Source of the DNA: an uncultured Gemmatimonadales bacterium | GTDB lineage: Bacteria > Verrucomicrobiota > Kiritimatiellia > CAXMRT01 | NCBI GenBank assembly: GCA_964196025.1 | Contig: CAXMRT010000098.1 | Span: 1 to 53,156 of the forward strand | Direction of reading: 5' to 3' | Length of the DNA stretch: 53,156 bases | Shown here: in pieces, positions 38,486-47,277 of the stretch | How positions within the stretch are numbered: position 1 is the first letter of the stretch | Layout: each line of letters starts with the position of its first letter | Notes under the pieces: generated by a model | What the model was told of the DNA's origin: nothing | What the model saw: the letters and a program-made list of their open reading frames with translations, nothing else | Database searches by the model: none | Translations under genes and position numbers: made by a program

Positions 38486-40075
38486 ATGCGAACGGGCCAA
38501 GTGAAACAATGGGTTTTTGGGGGTGTTTGGGCGGCGAGTCTTGCTGCCGCGTTCCTCTTGGGTCGATCCGCGGTTGTAGGGGACCGAGAGTTGTCGGACT
38601 CAGCGGAATCTACGGAAGACAGCGGGTTTAGCCCGAGCGGTGAGTCTGCGTTGGTGATTCTGTCGGACTCTGACTCTGCCTTATATCCTGAGGGACCGAT
38701 TCCGGTATTGGATCAGCGTGTGGTTCAAGGGTCGGACGTCGTTTTACAAACAGCGACAACAACGCTGTTGGCCAAGCAGAAAGGGTCACACACCGTTGAG
38801 TCTGTGGAGAACGGACTCGTCGATTCGGACACCCTGAGTGCACAATCGGTAGTGCTCGTCCCGACGCACTGGGAACAGACCGCCGCGCGTCGTCGTCAGT
38901 TAGAAAAAAAAGGCATCTATCCCTTGAGTGTTCTGCGGTCTCTTCTTGAGAACCCCGGGACGTTCGACAACAAAATGGTCGGTGCGCTTAACGGCTTACT
39001 GCAGGAGGAAATGCCTGCTGCGGCGAAGCTGCTCGACGAGATGGACTGGAATTATCAAACCGAACGCGTGCTGCAACGAGTACTTCAACAGTGGACCGGA
39101 TTCAGTCCGCACGACGCGATAGCCTATGCGGCGAGCCTTGATGGATTGCGAATGAAAGATTCTGCTATGCGGACGATCATGAATGCCTGGGTGGACGATG
39201 ACCCTAACCGTGCGGTTGCGTATGCGGACGGGCTTGAGCCCGGTCACCTGCGAAATTCCTTGTTGGAAAAAGTTGCTGGCGAGTGGGGGAAGGATCAACC
39301 AGAGGACGCATGGAACTGGTTTTCGACGTCCATGCGAACAGACGACTCGCTTCCGGCATCACGCATCAAGAGCTTGTTTAAAAGTCTCGCCTACAAAGAT
39401 TCTGGTGCAGCACTCGGGCATGCGTCGAGCATCTCGAATGCGGACTACCGCAAGACCGCGATGCAGACCGTCATCGACGGGATGATGGATCAAGGCAAAC
39501 AGGTGGAGGTTGCGAGCCTCTACCGCTCCACCACATCCTCAACCGACCGGGACCTCATCGCACGATCGGTCGCCGACAGCTGGGAGAGATATCAGCCTCG
39601 CTTAGCAGCCGAGTGGACATCCGTGATTGCCGACAAAACGGTGCGCAATCAGGCCGTATCATCCTTAGTGAGCGAGTGGTCGCGAGACCATCCGGCGGAG
39701 GCCGCGGAATGGGTGATGAAACTGGACGACCCTGACGTGGTCAAGAGAGAGCTCTCTCGGGTAACGAAGAATTGGGCGACTCACGACCTTATCGATGCCA
39801 CTGAGTGGCTTACAGGCCTGCCAGCATCGCCGAAAACGGATCCTGCGGTCGAAAGCCTCGCACGATCCGTTCTGTTGAAGGATCCAGAGATGGCGATGGA
39901 GCTCGCAGAAGGCATTTCGGTAGAAAAACGCCGTCACCAAGCGATAGTCCGTCTAGGCAGGCAGCTCGCGGAGACCGATGCGACTCAAGCGTGGAGCTAC
40001 CTCCTCAAATCCAGTCTACCACCTGAGCGACTGGCGTCGGCTCAAAAATCCATCTTCCGCGTTCCAACACCCTAG
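38486..40075 (+). CDS. Membrane-anchored alpha-helical repeat protein (Trp-containing HEAT-like repeats)
   Basis: 529-aa ORF with an N-terminal anchor (WVFGGVWAASLAAAFLLG). A recurring ~35-aa unit is visible: ..P..A.EW...L (QPEDAWNWF, QPRLAAEWT, HPAEAAEWV, LIDATEWL, ATQAWSYL). Confidence 0.65.
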   Translation: MRTGQVKQWVFGGVWAASLAAAFLLGRSAVVGDRELSDSAESTEDSGFSPSGESALVILSDSDSALYPEGPIPVLDQRVVQGSDVVLQTATTTLLAKQKGSHTVESVENGLVDSDTLSAQSVVLVPTHWEQTAARRRQLEKKGIYPLSVLRSLLENPGTFDNKMVGALNGLLQEEMPAAAKLLDEMDWNYQTERVLQRVLQQWTGFSPHDAIAYAASLDGLRMKDSAMRTIMNAWVDDDPNRAVAYADGLEPGHLRNSLLEKVAGEWGKDQPEDAWNWFSTSMRTDDSLPASRIKSLFKSLAYKDSGAALGHASSISNADYRKTAMQTVIDGMMDQGKQVEVASLYRSTTSSTDRDLIARSVADSWERYQPRLAAEWTSVIADKTVRNQAVSSLVSEWSRDHPAEAAEWVMKLDDPDVVKRELSRVTKNWATHDLIDATEWLTGLPASPKTDPAVESLARSVLLKDPEMAMELAEGISVEKRRHQAIVRLGRQLAETDATQAWSYLLKSSLPPERLASAQKSIFRVPTP

Positions 40076-40163
40076 GTCGCTCGCTACGGCCTTGGACGGG
40101 GCCCCCTCATTTTCCGCACGGCACAGCATCGACAAGTGGCAGTTGGATTCTTATACTCGTGCG

Positions 40164-41285
40164 ATGGATATTGTCATAGGAGCATTGATTATCGCCGCCG
40201 CAGTTATCGGTGTTGGCGTGTGGCTGAAGTCGAACGTGGCCGCACCCACTGCGGAGCCACCGAGAGACGATTCCGCGATGACCCTCTTGCAGACCCAGAT
40301 GAATGGGCAGATGCAGCAGACGCGTGAGCAGATGGATGTCTTGCGTCAGGGTATGCAGGAAACCCTGCAACAGATCAGTGGTCAAATGATGAAGCAACTG
40401 ACGACCACCAACAAGAACGTCGGCGACCGCTTGGATAATACGAGTAAGGTGATCGGGGACGTCCGTCAGCAACTCGGTAAGCTCGAAGAATCCTCCGGTC
40501 GCATCGTGGAGTTAGGGCGAGACATCGCCAGCTTACAAGACATTCTCCAACCACCAAAGCTACGGGGCGGACTCGGGGAGCTATTTCTCAATGAGCTGCT
40601 TGCACAGATTTTACCGACCAGCGCCTACAAGACGCAGTATGGCTTTAAGGGGGGTGAAAAAGTGGATGCCGTTGTGATTTTGCAGCACGGGATGGTGCCC
40701 ATTGATGCTAAGTTTCCGCTTGAAAGTTTCCGCCGTCTCTTAGCCGCGGAGGAAGAGAAGGAGCGGACGGCGGAGAAGAAGACCTTCATCAAGGATGTCA
40801 AAATTCACATTGATGCCATCGCCAACAAATACATTAGGATGGATGAGGGGACGCTGGATTTTGCTTTGATGTATATCCCGGCAGAGAACGTGTATTATGA
40901 AACGATCATCAAGGACAGTGAGTTCGGCGACGAGATGACCTTGTTCAACTACGCCTTAAAGAAGCGGGTGATCCCAGTATCGCCGAATAACTTATACGCC
41001 TACTTGCAAACCATTCTGCTTGGATTGAAAGGCATGCAGGTTGAGCGAAGCGCCCGTGACGTGATCGAAAACCTGTCGCGCGTTCGCAAGGAGTTCGAAA
41101 AATTCTCCGATGCCTTCCGCCTAGTCGGTCAGCACTTGGATAATGCCCAGAAAAAATTCATCGAAGCAGAAAAGCGTCAGACCAAAGTCGAAACCAAGAT
41201 GGAACAGATTGATGGTGTGACCGCCGCCTTAGAGCCAGAACCTGGAGCGGCGGGCTTGCCGGCGGCCTCAGCCGACGAGGATTAA
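40164..41285 (+). CDS. rmuC: DNA recombination protein RmuC
   Basis: Homology starts at MDIVIGALIIAAAVIGV (ATG 40164). It has an N-terminal TM helix, a coiled coil, and a C-terminal RmuC nuclease-like region (DAKFPLESF, DFALMYIPAENVYYE). Confidence 0.85.
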   Translation: MDIVIGALIIAAAVIGVGVWLKSNVAAPTAEPPRDDSAMTLLQTQMNGQMQQTREQMDVLRQGMQETLQQISGQMMKQLTTTNKNVGDRLDNTSKVIGDVRQQLGKLEESSGRIVELGRDIASLQDILQPPKLRGGLGELFLNELLAQILPTSAYKTQYGFKGGEKVDAVVILQHGMVPIDAKFPLESFRRLLAAEEEKERTAEKKTFIKDVKIHIDAIANKYIRMDEGTLDFALMYIPAENVYYETIIKDSEFGDEMTLFNYALKKRVIPVSPNNLYAYLQTILLGLKGMQVERSARDVIENLSRVRKEFEKFSDAFRLVGQHLDNAQKKFIEAEKRQTKVETKMEQIDGVTAALEPEPGAAGLPAASADED

Positions 41286-41288
41286 GGC

Positions 41289-42188
41289 GTGGTCGAGACG
41301 GGCGAAATAGCCGAAAACACTCCAAAAAACGCCGATATCGTGGCTCCTGCGGGTTGGAAGGAAACTCTGAACGTTGGGTTTCTATGCGCTGCAGGTGTGA
41401 TGATTATCGGTTTGCACCGCTTCATGCTTGAGCCCGATGCGGCCCCCATCTGGTCGGTGATTCACTGGGCGGGTTGGGCAGTCTGGGGACTGGGTGTCCT
41501 GAGCTTGCTCGCCACGGCGCCCGATTTCAAACGCAACATGGGGCTCGTCTATGTCGCGCTCGCCTTGTTAGGCATAACACCCATTACCACGGATGTCTCG
41601 TATGGTCATATACTCTCGATGGGAACCACATTGGGTCTAGCAGTTGCGATTCCGTATGGTCTTTCTCGTTGGGGATTCAAGGATCACATCATCCGCTTCA
41701 AGTTTCATCACGGTCGTCGTTGGACGCGTATGGAAATTTTCTGGGTGGTCTTTGCGGTGGTGCTTTCCTATCTCTTGATTCCGTATTATTTAAGTCATAC
41801 GGGCGCGTGGAAAAACTGGGAGGTGCAGAACGACCCGCATCATGTGTTCCGCGTGTTCATCGGCACCAATGGACTGGGCTTATGGGACGAGCTCTTTTTT
41901 GTGAATATTTGTCTCGGTGTGTTGCGGCGTTACTTCACGTTCAAATTCGCCAATTTTGCGCAAGCCATCCTGTTTACCTCCTTCCTTTATGAGCTCGGCT
42001 TCACAGGGTGGGGGCCCATCATGATCTATATTTTCGCGCTCTTGCAGGGGATTACCTTCCGAAACACCGAATCGCTCTTGTATGTGATTGTGATCCATCT
42101 GTCTATTGACCTGGTTCTGTTTCTCGCGCTTGTAAATTTGCATCAGCCGCATTGGGCTGATATTTTTGTGACTATGGTGAATCTGTGA
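41289..42188 (+). CDS. Polytopic membrane protein, distant CPBP/Abi-like with degenerate motifs
   Basis: GTG start 3 nt after the rmuC stop, with about 8 TM helices. WDELFF, FTSFLYE and IHLSID resemble the CPBP motifs EExxxR, FxxxH and HxxxD only partially. Confidence 0.5.
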   Translation: MVETGEIAENTPKNADIVAPAGWKETLNVGFLCAAGVMIIGLHRFMLEPDAAPIWSVIHWAGWAVWGLGVLSLLATAPDFKRNMGLVYVALALLGITPITTDVSYGHILSMGTTLGLAVAIPYGLSRWGFKDHIIRFKFHHGRRWTRMEIFWVVFAVVLSYLLIPYYLSHTGAWKNWEVQNDPHHVFRVFIGTNGLGLWDELFFVNICLGVLRRYFTFKFANFAQAILFTSFLYELGFTGWGPIMIYIFALLQGITFRNTESLLYVIVIHLSIDLVLFLALVNLHQPHWADIFVTMVNL

Positions 42189-42655
42189 GTAATGACCCGA
42201 TCGATGACTTAGCCAGTTTGGATAGCCTGCCCTTGCGTGATGTTGCGGACTGGAAAAAGCGTGTTCGGATTTTTGCGATTGTCAACTTTGTGTTGGCCGC
42301 AGCCATGGGTGTGGCCAACATGGTGCAGGTGTTGAGCGTGGGATCGGCTATGAGCGGACTGATGGGGTCGGCGTCATCGGCCTTGCCGGACGTGTGGCCG
42401 ATTGTGGCCAGCCTCATCGGCTTGGGAGCGATTGCCGTTTATGTTTCTGCGGGGGTGTGTTTGTGGCGGGAACACCGGTGGGGGTATGTTTTGAACATCG
42501 TTGGCTGTGTCATCACGACCGCGTTGTGTGTCCCTGCGCCGTGTATTTTTATTCCATGGACCGTGTTTGGACTCACCTGGGGCACCCATGCAGGGTTTAA
42601 GCGCGTGCTTACAGCAAATGAGGACGAGCCGTACGACGAGGACTTTGTGGATTGA
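42185..42655 (+). CDS. Small 4-TM membrane protein, hypothetical
   Basis: 156-aa ORF with a GTGA overlap with the preceding gene. It has four hydrophobic helices and an acidic C-terminus. Confidence 0.6.
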   Translation: MSNDPIDDLASLDSLPLRDVADWKKRVRIFAIVNFVLAAAMGVANMVQVLSVGSAMSGLMGSASSALPDVWPIVASLIGLGAIAVYVSAGVCLWREHRWGYVLNIVGCVITTALCVPAPCIFIPWTVFGLTWGTHAGFKRVLTANEDEPYDEDFVD

Positions 42656-42689
42656 TGGTGGACGCGGAGCAGATAGAGACAGTCGTGCG

Positions 42690-43703
42690 ATGAGTCACGC
42701 GGAAGGCGGCGCAGCGCCCAGTGCGGGAGGGCTCACGCTCCGAGGCTACCTCTCTAGGCGCATTGGGACCTTGAGCATTCTGACACTCTTGGTGTCGTGC
42801 ACCGGCGAATTGGGCGGATGGTTTCTGTGGGCTGAACTCACGGGACATTTTCATGTTCAGTATATGTTTGCCGCCACGTTCCTCTTGTCTGTCTCGCTGC
42901 TCTTGCGGAAATGGCGATGGGTGGTGGTGTGTGGCGCGAGCGTGTTACTCAACGTGATTTATCTCTGGCCCTACCTGGTGCCGCAGCCAGATGTGCCGAT
43001 CCAAGCAGAAACCGCCTTAACGATCTACCTGGCCAACGTCCATTCGGCCAACACGAATGTGCATGCCATCCTAGACGGCATCGCGGAGAACGACCCCGAC
43101 GTCGTGATTCTTCAGGAGGTTAGTCCCCGGTGGATGGCGGAGCTCGCGGCGCTGACCAATACCTATCCAATCGTTTACGAAGAGGCGCATCATGAGGGTA
43201 ATTTCGGCATCGCCTTGTGGAGTCGCCTGCCTTTGGAGGAGGTGCAGGTAAGGGATATCGGTCCCGCCAGTGTGCCGTCGATTCATTGTAAGGTGCTGAT
43301 GCGGGATGGTTCTCGAGTCTCTCTGATGGCGACGCACCCGGTTCCGCCGATTCGCGCGAGCTATTACCGCATGCGCAACGAGCAACTAGCAAGCGTGGCG
43401 ACGTGGCTTAATGAGCAGCCCGGTGCGCGAGTCTTGGTAGGGGACTTGAATATGACGATGTGGTCGCCCTTTTTTCGTGAGCTTGAAGCGGATACCAACA
43501 TGCTCTCCACGCGCCGGGGTCGGGGAATTCTCCCCAGTTGGCCACACGGGCGCTTGTTGCTGGCGCCATTACGGATCCCTATCGATCACGTCCTGATATC
43601 GTCGGAACTGGCGTGCACGAGTTTCCGGATGCTTGACCCGACGGGGTCCGATCATTTACCGTTGGTGGTTGAAATCGGGCGACGGACCGCTGAGAAAAAT
43701 TAA
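42690..43703 (+). CDS. Membrane-anchored endonuclease/exonuclease/phosphatase (EEP) family protein
   Basis: ATG 42690; the upstream part of the 42501 ORF overlaps the previous gene. About 3 N-terminal TM helices precede an EEP domain (VVILQEV, LVGDLN, SDHLPLVVEI). Confidence 0.8.
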   Translation: MSHAEGGAAPSAGGLTLRGYLSRRIGTLSILTLLVSCTGELGGWFLWAELTGHFHVQYMFAATFLLSVSLLLRKWRWVVVCGASVLLNVIYLWPYLVPQPDVPIQAETALTIYLANVHSANTNVHAILDGIAENDPDVVILQEVSPRWMAELAALTNTYPIVYEEAHHEGNFGIALWSRLPLEEVQVRDIGPASVPSIHCKVLMRDGSRVSLMATHPVPPIRASYYRMRNEQLASVATWLNEQPGARVLVGDLNMTMWSPFFRELEADTNMLSTRRGRGILPSWPHGRLLLAPLRIPIDHVLISSELACTSFRMLDPTGSDHLPLVVEIGRRTAEKN

Positions 43704-43727
43704 GAATCGACCCCGAGGGCGTTACCC

Positions 43728-44516
43728 ATGAAACCAAAAACGAAAATGCGGCTCCTTTTTTATCCCGCTCTGTACCTCCTTGTTGCGATGTATTTATATA
43801 TCGTTCAAAATTCATTGATCTATTTCCCGACCGATCCCGTTGCGCATTCGTTCGACACGATCGCAATCGAAAATGAAGGCGCCCTGCTGGATGTGATAGT
43901 CGTTCACTCTGAGTCGGCTGAAGGAAAGGTGATGCTCTATTTTGGTGGGAACGCGGAGGCGGTAGGGGGTACAGCGAATGAGCTGGCTGCTGAGTTCACT
44001 GACCACACGGTCTATGCGTTAAACTATCGCGGTTATGGAAAGAGTACGGGAGAGCCAAGCGAGACCGCGAATTATTCTGATGCCTTGAAGGTCTTCGGCG
44101 CCATGCAGGCTGCCGGGTCTAACATCACGATCATTGGGCGAAGCCTCGGCTGCGGGGTGGCGACGTTTGTGGCGTCTCAGCGAGAGATCTCGGCGCTGAT
44201 TCTCGTGACGCCTTATGACAGTATCCAGAGCGTAGCGCAGTCGACGTACAAAATATTTCCCATGAGCCTGCTCTTGCACGAGAAATATCGATCCATCGAT
44301 CATGTGCCTGAAATCAGTGTCCCTTGTCTGGCGGTGATAGCTGAACGAGATGAATTTATTGCGTACAAACACTCTCAGAAAATGGTGAGCGCCTTTCCGC
44401 CCTCGCAGATGACGCCCGTGATCATCACCAAGGCCACACATAACGACATCTCGTCTTATCCTGAGTATTACCAGGCGATGAAGAGCTTCATGGGATACCC
44501 GAAAGAGGGCCCGTAA
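43728..44516 (+). CDS. Membrane-anchored alpha/beta hydrolase (Bem46/ABHD13-like)
   Basis: 262-aa ORF with an N-terminal TM helix, the nucleophile elbow GRSLGCG, and C-terminal Asp and His context (ERDEFI, ATHND). Confidence 0.75.
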   Translation: MKPKTKMRLLFYPALYLLVAMYLYIVQNSLIYFPTDPVAHSFDTIAIENEGALLDVIVVHSESAEGKVMLYFGGNAEAVGGTANELAAEFTDHTVYALNYRGYGKSTGEPSETANYSDALKVFGAMQAAGSNITIIGRSLGCGVATFVASQREISALILVTPYDSIQSVAQSTYKIFPMSLLLHEKYRSIDHVPEISVPCLAVIAERDEFIAYKHSQKMVSAFPPSQMTPVIITKATHNDISSYPEYYQAMKSFMGYPKEGP

Positions 44517-44606
44517 CGCGAGCGCCGGGGTGTGCGAGGTCGTGAGACCGACTGGCGGACCGGCGAAAACTTGCCAGCGGGGCCCGAGAGCCGTATCGTG
44601 AGTCGG

Positions 44607-45254
44607 ATGAAAACGATCAAACATATCGCGTGGGACTGGAACGGAACCTTGATTGACGATGTTCATGCGGGCTTGGGATCCTTGAATCGGATGCTAGAGC
44701 GACGCGGGATCAAGACCTTGTCGCGTGACGGCTATCGTCGCCAATTCGATTTTCCCGTGAAAAAATTCTACGAGGATCTCGGGTTCGATTTCAGCGTAGA
44801 CGACTGGCATGGCGTGTCGGTCGAGTTTTATGCGGACTACATGGAAATTGCTGACGACATTCCGATTCGAAAGGGAATGCTCGATAGCTTGGCAGCCTTG
44901 CGTGCGCGGGGGATAGGCGCATCCGTGCTCTCAGCCTGTGAACATGGTATTCTTGCGGGCATGATTGAATCCCGAGGTGCTACTCAGCATTTTGATAGCA
45001 TCTACGGCATTGAGAACCTTTATGCCGACTCCAAGGTCGATGTTGGACGGCGCTTGATGGCGGATCATGGTTTGCAGCCAGAGGAGTTACTTGTGGTGGG
45101 GGATACCACTCACGATCATGAAGTGGCGGCCGAGTTGGGGTGTCGTTGTCTGCTGTTCACCGGTGGGCACATGACGCGCGAACGATTGGACGCCTGCGGC
45201 CACGGTTTATTGGAGTCGTTGGGCGACGTGGAAACCGTTCTGACTTCGGCTTAG
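44607..45254 (+). CDS. HAD-superfamily hydrolase (PGP-like), atypical motif I
   Basis: Homology starts at MKTIKHIAWDWNGTLIDD (ATG 44607). Motif I reads DWNGT rather than DxDGT. Motif IV is VGDTTHD. Confidence 0.75.
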   Translation: MKTIKHIAWDWNGTLIDDVHAGLGSLNRMLERRGIKTLSRDGYRRQFDFPVKKFYEDLGFDFSVDDWHGVSVEFYADYMEIADDIPIRKGMLDSLAALRARGIGASVLSACEHGILAGMIESRGATQHFDSIYGIENLYADSKVDVGRRLMADHGLQPEELLVVGDTTHDHEVAAELGCRCLLFTGGHMTRERLDACGHGLLESLGDVETVLTSA

Positions 45255-45280
45255 AAGTCGGCATCCGTTCTGCTTCAAAA

Positions 45281-45350
45281 GGATGGCGCCATCTTGGGGC
45301 GCCATGAACCCCCCTACCCAAAGGGGTCCTTCCCCCCAAGGGGACACCTT
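45281..45350 (-). repeat. Intergenic repeat R1, copy 4 (reverse orientation)
   Basis: The reverse complement AAAGGTGTCCCCTTGGGGGGAAGGACCCCTTTGGGTAGGGGGGTTCATGGCGCCCCAAGATGGCGCCATCC aligns over its full length with 34831-34903. Confidence 0.7.
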
Positions 45351-45443
45351 TAAAATGCTCGCGCAGCGCCCCGTCCACTTCAACGTTTTTCAGTTTCTCA
45401 GCTCTTCAGCTTCTCAGCTTCTCAACTCCCAATCCCACCCAAC

Positions 45444-45980
45444 TCAGCCAAACCGCTCGTGCCAGGCTTGGAAGGTCGCGGATTTTTCTTCGCCGTATGC
45501 AGCGAGATTTTTCAGGATTTTGTCTACGGGTTTTTCTTTGTCCAAGTGCTTGGGGTTTTTGGAGTAGAAGCAGTCGGCGTAGCAGACGAGAATTTCTTCG
45601 ATGGATTGAGGGGTCATGTCGCGTTGTGGAAGGGGAAGTTGTTGTGCGTGGATATCGGCGAGCGTGATGCCGACGCCAGTGTGCCGTTCGCAGACGAGCG
45701 CGTGTTCTGGGTAGCCTTCGTGTTCGAGGTGTTCGCGCCCTAGGGTGCCGTGACAGATGTAGGGGGCATCACCGTAACAGTGGATCTTGGGGGCATGAAC
45801 AAAGCGGATGCCGATATCATGCAAGAGCGCGGCCTCTTCTAGGAAAACGAGATCGACGCCGTCGACAGCGTTGGCTGCGCGTAAGGCTTTGTCTGCGACT
45901 AGCCGAGAGTGAATACGAAGGATGTTTCCGCTGGGATCGGAGGCCGGGTAGAGGTCATTGATTAAGGCCTCGGCGTTCAT
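45444..45980 (-). CDS. HD-domain phosphohydrolase
   Basis: 178-aa ORF with the HD signature (AALLHDIG). Its start overlaps the anti-sigma stop (ATGA). Confidence 0.75.
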   Translation of the reverse strand: MNAEALINDLYPASDPSGNILRIHSRLVADKALRAANAVDGVDLVFLEEAALLHDIGIRFVHAPKIHCYGDAPYICHGTLGREHLEHEGYPEHALVCERHTGVGITLADIHAQQLPLPQRDMTPQSIEEILVCYADCFYSKNPKHLDKEKPVDKILKNLAAYGEEKSATFQAWHERFG

Positions 45981-46606
45981 GAGGTCGTAGGGTCATCGGG
46001 CGGCCCGCGCGTACCGTCCTTACGTTGATCGCTGAGCGATCGGAAGCGGGATGCCAGCCACCAACGCACCAGCAGGACCACGGTCATGATCCCGAGCACG
46101 CCTAGGATCAGCCAGAAGGTTGAGGTGATCACGTTGTTCGCGGGCGGGTCCTGTTCCATCATAGACGGTTTTTCTACGTAGTTGGTGTAGCCGTCACCGA
46201 CCCAGGTTCCGATCTGAACTTCGCGCCATTTTGCGGGATCATACGGCTCTGGCTGTGAGGCGACGATCAGATAGATGCCGAGATAGGTCATCACCATGAT
46301 CAGCGCCAGCGCATAGATCAGGGGCTGGTTGGAGTCGAGCCACGAGAGGATCGGGTGTTTATAGACGCGGTACATGCGACGACGACTGGAATCAGAGAGT
46401 CGCGCAGGAATTTTTAGACTCGTGGAAGATTTTAGCAAATTGATCGTAGAATCGAGTTCTTCCACGGCAGACTGGCACGTCTCACAATGCCGCAAGTGAG
46501 CGCGCACCGCGTCGGAGAGGTAGGGTCCGAGTTCTCGTGAGAGATAGTCGGTGAGGTGAGACTGGATGTCCTCACACTTCATCTTTGCTATCGGTTTCTT
46601 TGCCAT
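45977..46606 (-). CDS. Anti-sigma factor (zf-HC2 type), single-pass membrane
   Basis: N-terminal H-x3-C-x2-C motif (HLRHCETCQ) and one TM helix. It lies immediately downstream of an ECF sigma gene. Confidence 0.75.
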   Translation of the reverse strand: MAKKPIAKMKCEDIQSHLTDYLSRELGPYLSDAVRAHLRHCETCQSAVEELDSTINLLKSSTSLKIPARLSDSSRRRMYRVYKHPILSWLDSNQPLIYALALIMVMTYLGIYLIVASQPEPYDPAKWREVQIGTWVGDGYTNYVEKPSMMEQDPPANNVITSTFWLILGVLGIMTVVLLVRWWLASRFRSLSDQRKDGTRGPPDDPTTS

Positions 46607-46615
46607 CGTCTGCGC

Positions 46616-47173
46616 CTAATCTTCTTTCTGGTTCTTCAAGCCACTCGCGAGCGTCTTGAGACTGTGATGTAGAATGTAGCCTACATTGCTTTCGGTTAAA
46701 CCCGTAATTTCGCTAATTTCGCGATATGATTTTTCTTCGTAAATTTTCAAGATCACGACTTCGCGATCGCGCACAGGAAGTTGATTGAGTAGCACCGCAG
46801 CGTCAGCTGCGGCATCGGAAATCTCTTTAGTCGTGGGCCCCCCGACACGTTTGCCGGTGACTTCGTGCTCTTCAGTATGACGTTGGTGTAGGTTGCGCCG
46901 TCGTGACTCCTTGCGGATATGATCGATAGCCGCATTATGAGTCACGCGATAAATCCAACTCGATATTTTTGCGTCGCGGAAAGTGGTGGTGTGCCAGGCT
47001 TTAAACAATTTGATAAACGCGGTTTGAACCACGTCTTCGGCCGCCTTTGAGTTATTCAGCAGGCGTGTGGCGTAGCGTAGGAGCGGCCCTTCGAATTCGG
47101 CCACCGTTGCGTCAAAGTCCAAGTTGGCCTTGGTCTCAGACGACGGTAAGTCCTTTTCGGTATCGCTCGACAT
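46616..47173 (-). CDS. ECF-type RNA polymerase sigma-70 factor
   Basis: Sigma-2 region (AEDVVQTAFIKLF, WIYRVTHNAAIDHIRK) and sigma-4 region (SYREISEITGLTESNV). The start is ATG 47173 or GTG 47200. Confidence 0.85.
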   Translation of the reverse strand: MSSDTEKDLPSSETKANLDFDATVAEFEGPLLRYATRLLNNSKAAEDVVQTAFIKLFKAWHTTTFRDAKISSWIYRVTHNAAIDHIRKESRRRNLHQRHTEEHEVTGKRVGGPTTKEISDAAADAAVLLNQLPVRDREVVILKIYEEKSYREISEITGLTESNVGYILHHSLKTLASGLKNQKED

Positions 47174-47277
47174 AGTTCCCAATAGCACATTTTCTTTCAC
47201 AATTCACGGTTAAGACGATCGTCGTGAAAGTTTTCTTAGAAAGAAAGACCGTGTGCGGGTAGGGCGCGCGCGGGATA

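Noticed and set aside
39978-40163. 62-aa N-terminal extension of the rmuC ORF
   Set aside because: It overlaps the end of the upstream 529-aa gene in another frame. The RmuC TM helix starts right at ATG 40164.
41474-41992. 172-aa alternative-frame ORF inside the CPBP-like gene
   Set aside because: It is on the same strand in an overlapping frame, with Cys/Arg-rich composition. The hydrophobic-helix periodicity supports the 41289 frame.
44019-44666. 215-aa ORF antisense to the alpha/beta hydrolase and HAD genes
   Set aside because: Shadow ORF spanning two well-supported plus-strand genes and their spacer.
45394-45427. Short tandem TTCTCAGC-like units (about 4 copies) downstream of the HD gene
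   Set aside because: The units are imperfect, very short and few in number. No evidence goes beyond local slippage, and there is no CRISPR-like spacer structure.
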